A stretch of 64,000 nt of DNA from Octopus vulgaris (GCA_951406725.2 OX597837.1:44330001-44394000), one strand, 5' to 3'. Numbered from the stretch's first letter, positions 46,449-60,369 are shown. Notes: generated from the letters alone by a model not told the origin. Translations and numbers: made by a program.

Positions 46449-46884
46449 ATGTTGTTGCTGTTGTTATAGTCTTTCCTTTTCTATTATAACTATTACTCAC
46501 CATTATTAAGCTGGCAGAATCGTTAGGACGCCGGGCGAAATGCTTAGTAGTATTTCGTCCGACTTTATGTTATGAATTCAAATTCCACCGAAGTCGACTT
46601 TGTCTTTCATCCTTTCGGGGTCGATGAATTAAGTACCTGTTGAGTACTGGGGTCGATGTGATCGGCTTTCCCCTCCCCACAAAATACAAGCCTTGTGCCT
46701 ATAGTAGAAAGGATTATTATTATTGAGTGAGAGAACAGTGCATGCCATCAAAGTGACACTGGGGTAAAATATACGAAGTCCAGTACACCCAGTACACCCT
46801 GATGAGGGTACACCAGGCACACGCATCACAACCATATGTGCACGACATGGCAAACTAATATCAAATTGAAGGGGCTGAAGCCAA

Positions 46885-47497
46885 GCACTTTTCTCTTTGG
46901 CCAATCCCTAATAACTTCTTCAAGTTTCACTTGAAAAGGAAAATAAAGGTAGAGAGGGAAGTATGGTCTTCAAGTCAGTTTTCTGAAAGGTGGATGAAAG
47001 AGGTGGGAATGGTACGAGTGAATGGGCCTGCCCTGAGCATACGCTTGTAATTGAAAACAGGAAAGGAAGAAGGCACCTGTCCTAAAAGTCAGGGTACCTA
47101 TGGTTTTTTATGGGTTTTTTCTAAGAGCAGCCTTCGAACATCTCCCTGTTGAGGTTTACACATTGTTCTTTCTTTCTTTCTTTTAATTTTCATAGCCTTG
47201 TTTACACGCAAAACCCTCACAACACACACACACATTCTTTGTTTTGTCCTGTACTGTCAATAGTGTCTACCTTAATGTAAACCCTTAATGTAAAGTAATT
47301 AACGCCTGTAGTTGGGAAAAAAAAAAGAAAGAAAAAAGACACCTGTCCCAAATGTCAAGGTACCCATGGTTTTTTATGGGGTTTTTCCACGAGCAGCCTT
47401 CGAACGTCTTCTCCCTATTGAGAATCACACATTGTTGATTTTAAAAAATAATTTGTTAGTCTTGTTTACGCGAAAAATCCCCATAACAATACGCACT

Positions 47498-47568
<71 letters not shown>

Positions 47569-47600
47569 TCTTTGTTTTGTCCTGTGCTGTCCATAATGTT
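46885..47600 (+). mobile_element. L1/Tx1-like LINE 3' fragment with duplicated 3' UTR segment
   Basis: FFKFHLKRKIKVERE; 47074-47260 is repeated at 47340-47595. Confidence 0.55.
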
Positions 47601-47639
47601 TTTCTTAACATAAACCTTCGTAGTTAATAAAGAAATCGT

Positions 47640-48230
47640 TCCTCCTTCAATCGGGCAGGCAAGGCAGTTTTCCATTGCCCGGTGGCTGTGGCGAAAAAGT
47701 TTATATGATGGACAAGGCTGACAGGCATGAGGACAGACACATCCACCTTTGATAGAACTCTCATTCACTCCTTCAAGTTTCACTTGAAAAGGAAATTGAG
47801 AATGGAGAGGGAAGTGCTGTCCTCAAGTGAGTTTATCGAAAGGTGAGTGAAAGTTGCGAAAATGACAAGAGTGGATGGTACCTCTCTAAGTGTAGACCTG
47901 TGAGTCGTAGAGAAGGAATTGGAAGGGGCACTTGTTCTTGGTGTTCAGAGAAATCTCGGACAGTGGGGGTTCCTTGATTACTCCTAGAGGTCATCCTGCA
48001 TCAGGAGGTCTACATCTCTATTATCCTCCCCTCCATGATATTTTTTTAACCTTTGTATTCTATGTATATGTCCCTTCCTGTCCATTGTATACAGAAAACA
48101 AACCCCTCCCTGTTTTTTCTATCATTTCATTATATGTAAACCCTCATACATTATGTTTGTCTTTGTATTGTCCCCCTCAGCCTTCGCCCCGGTGGTAAAT
48201 AAATGAAATTATCATTATTATTATTATCAT
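47640..48230 (+). mobile_element. L1/Tx1-like LINE 3' fragment
   Basis: FKFHLKRKLRMEREVLSSSEFIER*VKVA; ends AATAAA plus (ATT)n. Confidence 0.55.
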
Positions 48231-49452
48231 TATATGTTATTCGCCAACACTTCAACAATTGCGCCACACCCTGTTGCTCGCCCTATTTTCTCATTTGTTT
48301 CTCTTATCGCTCACAAAGAACACCTTCGTCACTCCTTATCTTTCTCTTTCACTCTTATCCCTACTTTCTCATTGTCCTATTTAACTATTTCCGTCACTTA
48401 TTATTATTATTATTTTTGTCTTCTGAGAAAGTTAGGCATTCATCAAATAGTTTTGTGTTGATTTTCCGACATCAAAAGAACATACATTACTTGGATAGCT
48501 TTCAGGTGTGGCTGTATGGTAAGAAGTTTGTTTCGTGGTCACTTGGTTTCAGGTTGAATCTTGCATCACTTTGGGCAAGAGTCTTCTATTACAGCCAGGG
48601 GCCGGCCAAAGCACTGTGAGTGAATTTTGTAAAGGGAATCTGAAAGGGTCCCGTCTTATAGGATTATATGTGTCTTTGTAGTTCTGTCCGTCCGTTTCAC
48701 CACTTGACAAACGTTTTTGGTTACTGTTCTTAAAAAGTACCGAGGCCAGCTAAGGTGTTGCCCCAGTATGGCCGTAGTCCATTGATTGAAACAAGTAAAA
48801 TATAAAAGATATAATGGTAGCTTTCGTCGGTCTTCCTGGACAGTTGAGATCAACGTGGATACAATTAAAAAAAACCCCCAGAAATTAACCAGTTCTTTCT
48901 AATACAGACCCAAGGCCTAACATTTGTGGGGAGGGCATTAGTCGATACCATCGACCCCAATATTTGACTGATATTTATTTTATCGGCGTTGGACGGACGA
49001 AAGGGATTTGGACACAGGACGTGAAAAGTCAGAAGAAATGCAGCTAAACATTTTATCCGACACGTTAACAATTCTGTTAGCTTGCCACCCCAAAGAAATT
49101 AGTAATGGTTATAACTATTACAATAAGATATAACAAATTCAGATTGTAGCATATTCGACTCAACAGTCTGGGGAACAAATACTAAATCAACAGCAGAAAC
49201 TACGCAACAAGCAAAATATTCTTCTGCATCTCAAAGGGGACAATGGAGCACGCAGGTCAGAAACACGGAGATGAACATTCTGGTGCAGTAGAGCTTTGCA
49301 TGAAATTGTTGAATACATGACGACGATGGTGATGGTGATGATGATGATTATATAGTGTGTTTGTTAGATAAATAGATAATGCTGATAGATAAATAGATTG
49401 ATAGATAGTCTCTCTCTGTCAGTGGGACAAATAAATTGATAGAGAGACAAAC

Positions 49453-49486
<34 letters not shown>

Positions 49487-49507
49487 CTAGATAGATAGAT
49501 AGACAGA

Positions 49508-49559
<52 letters not shown>

Positions 49560-49637
49560 TAGATAGATAGATAGATAGATATACACATGCACATAAACAC
49601 ATACGCATTAAATATGCAGAAAACTACAAATATACAA

Positions 49638-49679
<42 letters not shown>

Positions 49680-49892
49680 ACTGATATATAATTGTGGCAC
49701 AAATCTATCTATATATTTCTGACTCAATGACATCGTGGGAACAATAAATAACTCACAAATATAGCCGTGAAAATGTGACAGCATAGTTGAATGACAATGG
49801 AGTAGCCAAACTTCATATTATACAAAAAATTGTGATATTAATATACTGATTAATCAAAAATACACTTCTATTCTTGATATATATATATCGAC

Positions 49893-49985
49893 AGACTGTG
49901 TCCTCCACTATCCATGACCTCATCTCCTCCTCCCGTCTCCCCAACATTATTGTCCGCACCCCTCGCACCATTTACCTCCTAAATT
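49893..49985 (+). pseudogene. Possible short PLE RT N-terminal fragment
   Basis: TVSSTIHDLISSSRLPNIIVRTPRTIYLL resembles the region preceding LPKIHK. Confidence 0.4.
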
Positions 49986-50114
49986 CTATGTCTTTGTGCA
50001 GCTGAAGATTGCTCTGCATTTTAAATTGATGTAATGATTGCATTGTTCAATTAAATGGAGTCGCATGAAACGATCGTACTGCATTGCCTCTGGATATCCT
50101 TGTTGCTTATTTTG

Positions 50115-50155
<41 letters not shown>

Positions 50156-50168
50156 TTTTATTATACAG

Positions 50169-50432
50169 CTAACCACATCTTCGTCCTGATAAACTGGCGT
50201 GTTGGAGATTGCTCTTTCAAAGTGTCGGTTGTTAAAGCCCTTAAAAGTCATGGACAGGCGAGATAACTCTCCCCAAATCCCATTCAATGGGCGTCGATGC
50301 TTCGTCATTTTGTACGTTTATCAACATCACGTATCCGAATCGAATCGGAGGTGAACCATACCGACAGCCCACGATCTATATGCCAAATAGTGTAAGAACT
50401 ATGTGCTGCTGGTATGCTCGGACAATGCATAC
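50169..50432 (+). other. Candidate exon, possibly containing a start codon
   Basis: Unique sequence, acceptor TTTTATTATACAG, donor TAC|GTAAGA; MGVDASSFCTFINITYPNRIGGEPYRQPTIYMPNSVRTMCCWYARTMH is open to the donor. Confidence 0.35.
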
Positions 50433-50714
50433 GTAAGAATAAATTCAGATATGAAACAGAAGCAACGCTTGTGTAATAAACATTAATATTTGAATTGATT
50501 TTTACGTATTGCTGAACCACCAAGTTACGCTTCACGTAAATATACCAACATCGGTTGTCAAGCGATGGTCGAGACACAAACACAGACACAATGGCACACA
50601 CGCACACATACACACACACACACACACATCTTTTAGTTTCGTTTACCAAATCCACTCACAAGGCTTTAGTCGTCCCGAGGCTGTAATTGTTGATTTTTTT
50701 ATTTGTTCCTTCTC

Positions 50715-51008
50715 GAGCCATGCCTGGCTCATAAGGGCCCGTTCCCCGGTTTCTTTGGCGTATTGGTTCCCCACCTGGACGGGACGCCGGTCCGTCGCAG
50801 GTGGGCTGCAAGATGCAGGAGGAAAGAGTGAGAGAGAGAGAGAGAGTTGTGGCGAAAGAGTCAGCAGAGGTTTCGCCATTACCTTCTGCCGGAGCCGCAT
50901 GGAGTTTAGGTGTTTCACTCATAAACACACACAAAGCCCGGTCTGAGATTCGAACCCGTGATCCCTTGACCGCGAGTCCGCTGCTCTAACCACTAGGCCA
51001 TGTGTCTC
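50715..51008 (-). mobile_element. SINE family C nested in a SINE B
   Basis: CGAGGCTGTAAT repeated at about 50675 and 51011. Confidence 0.82.
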
Positions 51009-51324
51009 AGCGAGGCTGTAATAGAAGAACCTTGCTCATGGTGCCACGCAGCGGAACTAAACCCGGAACCCTGTTCTCGGGAAGAAAGCTTCTTACCACG
51101 CAGCCATTAAGTTCTTAAGTTTCTCTGCCCCGTTCTTTTCTAATCTACCTCCATATTTTCCCGACGGTTTCCGTGATTGAACTATTGTTCTCATTGTTCC
51201 CATAAAATAAAGGAAACAAGACAGATATCTTTATATACAAAGACTAGAGACACTGACTTCCTGCTGCCTGAAATCCTTCCCCTACTTTCTCACTGTTGTA
51301 TTTGTATTAAGCCTTATCGTTATC

Positions 51325-51367
<43 letters not shown>

Positions 51368-52268
51368 TTATGTACATACTAACAAACACACGCATATATA
51401 TAATGTTCTCACGTAGATACTTATATGCAAACACACACATACTACGTACATATGCACATATATATACATGTCTAAGTACATACACTTATCTGCTCATATC
51501 TTTATCTGTTTTTTCAATGCAAATCTCGTTTAATCCATTCCCAAAACATTTCCATACATTTAAATACATACAAAGATAAATTTGTTTCATTTCCGTAAAT
51601 CTATTTCTCTTCGTTTCTTAAATTACACTGAACTGCACTTTGAAAGAAACAAAAAAAGTGTTTCATTGTAGCCCCGGCCCAACTAATGTCTTGCGGGTAA
51701 GTTTGGTTGATGGAAACTGTGTGGAAGCCCTTCACACAAACACACACACATGCACACACACCCACACACCACGTGTGTGAGTGTTTATATTTATGGCTAT
51801 CCCTTCTGCGGTTACCTGACAATTGGCGTTTGTTCATTTATGAACTTAGCAGCTCAATAAAAGTTACTGATAGAATAAGTACCAGACTTAAAGAATAAGT
51901 ACTAGGCGGGTGGATGATTTGTTCGACCAAACCCTTTAAGGCGGTGCCCCAGCATGGCCATAGTACAATGACTGAAACAAGTAAAATGTTTCTACATTAT
52001 ATCCCAAATTCTGGAGCGAAAAAAAGCCCCCACTTATTCATCCGGTCTCTAGTTTTCAGATTTCCTGTTGCTTCTAAAACGAAAAAGCTTTTCCTAACTT
52101 TTGTGAGAGTAACCCTAGTTATTCTTTTCCAACAGATTTAACTATACTCATAAATAGTTCATCTTTGCTTAAAGTGTTTATAAAAGGTCCCTTATTATTA
52201 TCTGTTTCTCTGTTTTTTTTTTTTTTGGTTTAGAGCAGGATATTTCATACAGAGATTTAACAGAATTA

Positions 52269-52828
52269 TTGGGTTGTCCGGAAAGTTCATGCGGATTTAT
52301 AGTAGCTTACCTTTCGACTTATTTATGGTTGAGTCCATAAAATAGGATTTGACTACACCTCCATTTAGAGCACAGTTTAAGCTATCTTTTCGTGGAAGAA
52401 GGTTTATGTTCCTATAACCTGTGTTAATTCTGTAACCCTTTAAAATGGAAGATAAGAAAATCCATTTTCGGAACCTGATGCTTTGGGAACCAGACAAAAA
52501 TTGCTGCAGCTCGGCTGGGATGTGTTACCCCACCCTCCATATTCACCAGATATTGTTCCTTCGGATTTCCACTTATTCAGGTCTCTGTAGAATAGTCTTA
52601 ATGGTAAAAATTTCAATTCCTTGGATGCCGTAAAAAGATGCCTTGATGAATTCTTTACCATGAAACCCCCTCAATTCTGGGAAGAGGGTATTTTCAAGTT
52701 AAAGGAAAGATGGAGGCGCATTGTGCAACAAAATGGTTCATATTTGGTTGATTAAAAATGTAATGGCAAGTATTTATTGACCTTTTTGTTTCCTTTAAAA
52801 ATCGGCACGAACTTTCCGGACAACCCAA
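52269..52828 (+). mobile_element. Internally deleted mariner element with intact TIRs and TA TSD
   Basis: TA-TTGGGTTGTCCGGAAAGTTC...GAACTTTCCGGACAACCCAA-TA; MEDKKIHFRNLMLWE joined to LGWDVLPHPPYSPDIVPSDFHLFRSL...WRRIVQQNGSYLVD*. Confidence 0.95.
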
Positions 52829-53121
52829 TACTATATTATCTATCTTTTATAAATTGTTTCACCAAGCCAACTTTGGTGTGAAGTGCTAGCAGTAAAGTAT
52901 TTTCAGGTTTTACTAGGAAAATTTTCATACTGTCGGGCTGTCGCTTGTGTGTGTTAATATTTATGTCCAGTTATAATCCTTTCTACAAGAGGCACAAAGC
53001 CTGGAATTTTGGATGCGATGAGTAGTCAATGACATCGACCCCAGTGTTCAACTGGTATTTATTTTATCGTGCTCGATAGGATGAAAGGCAAAGTCAATCC
53101 TGGCGGAATTTCAACTCAGAA

Positions 53122-53273
53122 CATAAATTATCTACATTATTTACAATTAACGGATATTTGTCCTCATCTTGTTTGTTGTCAACACAACGTTTCGGCTGAT
53201 ATACCCTCCAGCCTTCATCAGGTTTCTTGGGGAAATTTCGAACCTAGGTTCTCATTCCTAAGGTATTTTTCGA

Positions 53274-53310
<37 letters not shown>

Positions 53311-53415
53311 GTTATTCGATTCCAGGCAGATGAGGACAAATATCCGTCAAATGTAAATAATGTAAATGATGTAAATAATGTACATAATTCCTCATCTCTT
53401 AAATATAGAACTGTA
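53122..53415. mobile_element. PLE-like short insertion with inverted partial repeat, nested in a SINE
   Basis: About 53132-53169 is inverted at about 53328-53364; TCAGAAC flanks both sides. Confidence 0.7.
53178..53230 (-). ncRNA. Type I minimal hammerhead ribozyme motif
   Basis: Reverse complement CAAGAAAC-CTGATGA-A-GGCTG-GAGGGTATAT-CAGCC-GAAA-CG-TT-GTGTTG; palindromic AACGTT stem III. Confidence 0.7.
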
Positions 53416-53828
53416 TCAGAACGTGAAGACAGACGAAATCCCGGCGTGCTGACGAATCTTCTTTTCTACTCTAGGCACAAGGCCCGAAATTTTGAGGTAA
53501 GGGTCCAGTCGATTAGATCGAACCCCAGTACTCAACAGGTACTTAATTTATCGGCCACGAAAGGATGAAAGGAAAAGTCGAATTCGGCGGAATTTGAACT
53601 CAGAACGTAGCGACGGGCGAAATATCTCTAAGCACTTCGTCCGGCGTGCTAACGTTTCTGCCAGCTCACCGCTTTATGTCAGGTTATATAAAAAAAAATT
53701 TTTTAAAATAGCGTTAAATTGGAAAAATTATCCGATATTTTCTAGAAGAGCACATGTTTCTTAAACTTTTACAAGAATGGTGACTGGGACTTCGAAATTT
53801 CGACCTGCTTGCTTTCGTCCTACGTGTA

Positions 53829-53871
<43 letters not shown>

Positions 53872-53896
53872 TCACACACTCACACACACGCACACA

Positions 53897-54182
53897 CATG
53901 TATTTAATAGTTTCAAATTTTGGCACAAGGCCAGCAATTTTCGCCTCACACACACACACGCACACGTATATATTAGTTTCAAATTTTGGCACAAGGCCAG
54001 CAATTTTCGCCTCACACACACACACACGCACACGTATATATTAGTTTCAAATTTTTGCACAAGGCCGGCAATTTTCGCCACACACACACATACACACATA
54101 CACACACACGTATATATTAATTTCAAATTTTTGCACAAGGCCAGAAATTTTCGCCTCACACACACACACACACACACACACA
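53897..54182. repeat. ~58-bp minisatellite, four units
   Basis: Unit TATATTAGTTTCAAATTTTGGCACAAGGCCAGCAATTTTCGCCT(CA)n. Confidence 0.92.
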
Positions 54183-54996
54183 TAAATACACTCACCCACT
54201 CACACACTCACTCACTCACACATGTGTACATATTAAAACAAGACTCTACTGTTGTTACGTTAAATAGCTTTCACCTAATTTTTCTGAAGCTAAATAATAT
54301 ATCGAAAAAAAAGACCTCTTTTTTCGTTTTAAATACGAAAACCAACTCAAACCGCCCCTCTTCTATGAAGTCACCGACTTAAAAAAAATATTCGTTTCTC
54401 ACTCATTCTCAAAAGATCATTGTATAAACTTTATCTTACTACTACACTTATTTCCTTTCTTGTTTTGTGCTTCGACCAGCTGTTGGCTCTGCTAGGCTAT
54501 AATAGGCAGCGCATGAATCGATATCTCTTGAGAAAGCTTCAATCGCAGCGCGTTTTTCACTGTCGTAATATATTTTTATCTCTCATTCGATGACATCAGA
54601 CGTTGTTTGTAACAGGAAGGCTTCTGCTTGATGTTGTTGTTGCTGTTAGAACTATTTAACCACAGGTTAAAACATGATCCAGTTGACCAACTAACAAAAG
54701 TAATCCTGTCAGGACCACCTCGTCTTTTGCTTGGGGTATGTAGACTTATGTTATTTAATACGTCATGTCCTTATATAAATATAGAGTACGGTATGTAATT
54801 AAAGGGGGAGTTGGCTGCTATTTCTAAAACCTCGAGTGGTCAAGGAGCGGCTTCCACAGTGGCCAGAATATGTTGTTATTGTTTGTGTTGTTGTTGTGGA
54901 TGTTATTGTGTGATCCAACGTCAGCCCTGATCGAGGTGTCACGTGGTATGCTAGTAACCAGCTGAAAGAGAGAGTTGGCTGCTATTTCTAAAACCA

Positions 54997-55153
54997 AGGC
55001 GGCGAGCTGGCAGACACGTTAGCACGCCGGGCGAAATGCGTAGCCGTATTTCGTCTGTCGTTACGTTCCGAGTTCAAATTCCGCCGAAGTCGACTTTGCT
55101 TTTCATCCTTTCGGGGTCGATAAATTAAGTACCAGTTACGCACTGGGGTCGAT
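54997..55153 (+). mobile_element. SINE A (3' truncated)
   Basis: Head and central domain present. Confidence 0.9.
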
Positions 55154-55631
55154 ACACATACATACATACATACATACATACATACATACATACATACATA
55201 CATACATACATACATACATACATACATACATAATACACACACATACATACATATATACATACATGTACACATGAATACATACATATCTATATAATACTTA
55301 CATGTGTGTGCGTGTGTATGTCTGTGTGTGTGTGTGTGTTTGTGTGTGTGCGTGTGTAACAAATGATATATACGTGTAAATTCATTACAGCTATTTCTAA
55401 CGAATTTGAAAATTGACCAATGAGTAAATCATACCATTATCAAAAACCGTTTTCTTGAGGCGAATACAGGAATTCTTCAATCAATGACATTTAAACATTT
55501 TTTAATCCACGCCATATGTATGTATGTATATATATATGTGCGTGTGTGTGTGTGTTTTATGTTTGTTTGTTCTCCACTACTGCTTGACAACCAGCATTGG
55601 TGTGTTTACGTCCCTGTAACTATATATATAT

Positions 55632-55810
55632 AGGGAGAGTTCACGAAAAAAACAAAAGACGAAGACAGGTGGTGTACAAAACAAACAGATGTATTAGTAT
55701 AACGCTCAGGAATAGAAAAAGTCTTTTATGTTTCGAGCCTACGCTCTTCTACAGAAAGGGGCACAGAAAAAAAACAGGGAGAGGAAAAAATGTTGTGTAG
55801 TGGCTACCGA
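55632..55810 (-). mobile_element. PLE-like terminal repeat with variant hammerhead (55720-55760)
   Basis: Same CTGTAGA-A-GAGC-GTAG-GCTC-GAAA motif as 43812. Confidence 0.68.
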
Positions 55811-55963
55811 TAAAGCTTCAGTCAAATATAAATTGTATATTATATGACTCAGGAATTAGTTATAGATCTTCTTCGTGTATATTCTACATCTTTGTAATTC
55901 CTATTGTGTAATGAAACACGTGTAATGGTGATTAAATAATACTAATTTTTTCCCAATCTCCTG

Positions 55964-56030
<67 letters not shown>

Positions 56031-56719
56031 CTGTGTGTGTGTGTGTGTGTGTGTATACATACGCACACGAAGGGATTTCACACAGTTTCTATCAACCAAA
56101 TTCTCAAATTCATTTGGAAGGCATCGGAGGACCCGGACAATAATTGAAGACACTTGACCAAGGTCCCTTACAAAGAGACCGAACCCCAAACCACGTGGTT
56201 CCAAAGAGAGCTTGTTTACCGCATACTGGCCGAGACATTATATGTTACTCCGAATATTTTCGTCTTCTGGTGCGTTATATACATTTACTCCTTACTCAAA
56301 TGTAAACTGAATCCTTCTTTTCATAAAACTAGTTGCGAATGTTGTACAATGCTTGCTGACACACTTTTCTTGTATTGTTTATCCTTAATTAAATATGGCA
56401 GCTCAAACGAAACGTACAAATTGCAGCATTCAAAATGGCAAATATAAAGAATTGTGAGGAGATAAAATAGATAAGAAAAGGTTAAGGACAATGATGAATG
56501 CAAAGGGTGGCCATTTTGAATTGTAGATATTGATGTCAAATTTTAGCATAGGACCAGCAATTTCAAGGGTCCAAGTCGATTACATTGACCCCCATTGCTC
56601 AACTGGCACTTATTTGACCAGACCTGAAAGATGAAAGGTAAAGTCGACATCGATTGAATTTGAACTCAAAATGTATGATGAAGACGGATGAAATGTCGCT
56701 AAGTATTTTAGTCCAGCAT

Positions 56720-57022
56720 GCGCCCTTTTCAAGCCTAGCTAGGCTCATACGCCCAGTTTCCCGGTTTCTGTGGCGTATGTGTTCCCCTCCCCAGCTGGAC
56801 GGGATGCCAGTCCATCGCAGCGTTACTCAAGAAACAGGAAGAGAGAGTGAGAGAATGTTGTGGCGAATGAGTACAACAGGGGTCACCACGACCCCCCTGC
56901 CGGAGCATCGTGGAGCTTTAGGTGGTTTCGCTAAATAAACACACACAACGCCCGGTCTGGGAATTGAAACCGCTAAACTCAGACCGCGAGTCCGCTGCCC
57001 TAACCACTGGGCCATTCCGCCT
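56720..57022 (-). mobile_element. SINE family C
   Basis: Homology to family C. Confidence 0.87.
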
Positions 57023-57087
57023 CAACATAAACTTTCATTTACCAAAACCTAAAACGTTTTTTTTTATGATAACATGGAGAATTGGAA

Positions 57088-57465
57088 GCGCTCCGTCGGT
57101 TACGACGACGAGGGTTCCGGTTGATCCAATCAACGGAACAGCCTGCTCGTGAAATTAACGTGTAAGTGGCTGAGCACTCCACAGACACGTCACCCTTAAC
57201 GTAGTTCTCGGGGATATTCAGCGTGACACAGAGAGTGACAAGGCCGGCCCTTTGAAATACATGGTACAACAGAAACAGGAAGTAAGAGTGAGAGAAAGTT
57301 GTGGTGAAAGAGTACAGTAGGGATCACCACCATCCCCTGCCGGAGCCTCGTGGAGCTTTAGGTGTTTTCGCTCAATAAACACTCACAACGCCCGGTCTGG
57401 GAATCGAAACCACGATCCTATGACCGCGAGTCCGCTGCCCTAACCACTGGGCCATTGCGCCTCCA
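57088..57465 (-). mobile_element. Chimeric SINE: family C head and body with a family D-type 3' half
   Basis: 57265-57465 matches family C; 57088-57265 matches the 3' half of 5228-5400 and 59590-59720. Confidence 0.75.
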
Positions 57466-57781
57466 CGAACATGGATAATAACTAAATATGTAAGCTGCAC
57501 CCAGATCATGGTACGTTAATGTTATGGATGTGTGATTCATAAACATATTTGATGGTTTCTGCTGTGACCTCTCAGAAGAGAGACACTGTAGATTATATAT
57601 GTGTAATATTAAATCTGTTGAGGCGAGGCCAGGTTACGTGTAAACGTTCATAGGTGTGGAACAAAACCGGCCGATCCTACACCACAACGCAATAGTCTTC
57701 GCTCGAAAGGAGAATACCTGTTCAACACCTTTTCCTTCGACTAATGCTACTTACCTATCAACATACATCTTCATCTAACTA

Positions 57782-57914
57782 ATGTATGTATGTATGTATG
57801 TATGTATGTATGTATGTATGTATGTATGTATGTATGTATGTATGGATGTATGTATGTATGTATGTATGTATGTATGTATGTATGTATGTATCTATCTATC
57901 TATCTGTCTATCTG

Positions 57915-57988
<74 letters not shown>

Positions 57989-58012
57989 GATCTAATCTGT
58001 CTGTCTGTCTGT
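57782..58012. repeat. (TATG)n/(TATC)n microsatellite
   Basis: Direct reading. Confidence 0.97.
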
Positions 58013-58514
58013 TTCTTTTTCACTTTCTTTTTCTTTTCATTTTCTTTATTTTTTTCCTCTTTGATAAAGTTCCACTGTTTAAGTCGCGCTCTTTCTTTCT
58101 CCTTTGCTCTCTCTCTCTCTACACACACACACATACACGCACACTCGCACACACACGTATACAGATAGAACTTGAACTCAGAACGTAACGGCAGACGAAA
58201 TACGGCCACGCATTTCTCCCGGCGTGCCTACCTACCTACCTACCTACCTACCTACTTACCTTCATACCCAAGCAATTCCAGCATTTATCCATTTGAATAA
58301 AAGTTCAAACAACCACAATAAATACGAAACCAAAAGGCTCGTAGACATTCCACAATCAGTGGCGTATCTGTTTCCGGTCACATGACTTAATCGTGTGAGA
58401 AAATACTTATTCAAACGGGGTCCCTTCCATTTTGTCCCACAAACGCCTCTGAAGGGAACAATGGTTTTGTTTGTTTTCTTTTTCCGTGTCGTCTTTGTAC
58501 CCGACTATAAATGC

Positions 58515-58550
<36 letters not shown>

Positions 58551-58602
58551 ACTCACAAAAACATACGCACACATGTACATATGTATATGAATACACACAC
58601 AG

Positions 58603-58663
<61 letters not shown>

Positions 58664-58836
58664 TATTTGTATATATACATACTCACGGACACAAGATTGT
58701 ATGAATGCGTACACACATACACACGCACGCGTATATATGCGTTATCTGTTTGTATGTGTGTGTATATATGTATATATATGTATATATATAAATGTATATA
58801 TATATATGTATATATATATGTATACGTATATATATA

Positions 58837-58944
<108 letters not shown>

Positions 58945-59222
58945 GTATAGACATACGTACATATAGACATATACATATATATGGACATACAAATATACGT
59001 ATATACATAACCACGTGCGCATACATTCGTACATATGACCCCTCATACATACATACATACATGCATAATTCATACATACATTCATACATACTACATATTT
59101 GCGAACCTTTATTCTTGTATACCTACCTACTTACCTACCTACCAACCAACCAACCGACCTCACCCACCCACCGACCTACCTGCATTCCTATCAACAAACC
59201 TATGTGTATAAATGAATATATA

Positions 59223-59330
<108 letters not shown>

Positions 59331-59441
59331 CATTCCTTTATGCTTTCATTCTTACAAACTTAAATTATAAAGCAAGCCATTAAGAGAATTGTAAAGACAT
59401 GTCAAACATCCGAGATATTTAGTTACCTTGTGTGTCTGTGT

Positions 59442-59720
59442 GTGAAAGCGCGTGGCTAAGTGGTTAGGGTGTTCGGTTCGAGATCGTAAGCTCGCAAAGT
59501 TCGATACCCGGTGACGCGTTGTGTCCTTGGGCAAGATACTTTGCATCACGTTGGTCCAGTTCCACTCAGCTGGCAAAAATGTGTTGTGCCTGTATTTGAA
59601 TAGGTCAACCATGTCATATTCTGTGTCACGCTGAATATACCCGAGAATGATGTTAGGGGTACGCGCTTCTGTGGAGTACTCAGCCACTTGTACGTAAATT
59701 ACACGTACAGGCTGTTTTGT
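59442..59720 (+). mobile_element. SINE family D
   Basis: GTGGCTAAGTGG A-box, GTTCGATACCC B-box, GTGTCCTTGGGCAAG central motif. Confidence 0.85.
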
Positions 59721-59741
59721 TCTGTTATCTATCTAAAAGTA

Positions 59742-59964
59742 TATTCTTTTAGTCTTTTATTTGTTTTAGTCATTTGACTGCGACTTATTCTTTGTAAGCC
59801 TAGTAATTGTTCTATCGGTCTATTTGGCCGAACCGCTAAGTTACGGGAACGTAAATACGCCAACATCAGTTGCCAAGCGATTGTGGGAGGAGAAATACAA
59901 ACACAAAAACACACACACACACACACACATATACATACATACATACATACATACATACATACAT

Positions 59965-60021
<57 letters not shown>

Positions 60022-60200
60022 TACATACATATATATATATATATGATGACGAGTTTCTTTCAGTTTTCGTCTGCTAAATATCCACTTACAAAGCTTTGGA
60101 CGGTCCGAGGCTATAGCAGAAGACACTTGCCCAATGTGCTAAGCAATGGGAATGAACCCGGAACCATGTGGTTGGGAAGCAAGCTTCTTGCCACACGGCC
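59742..60200 (-). mobile_element. SINE family B
   Basis: Homology to family B. Confidence 0.88.
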
Positions 60201-60312
60201 ATACATATGCATACGTGTAAATGTGTGTGTACATGTGTGTGTGTGTTTCAGTGTGTCTGCGTGTGTATATATATATATATATATTTATGTATGCATATAT
60301 ATGTATATATAT

Positions 60313-60369
<57 letters not shown>

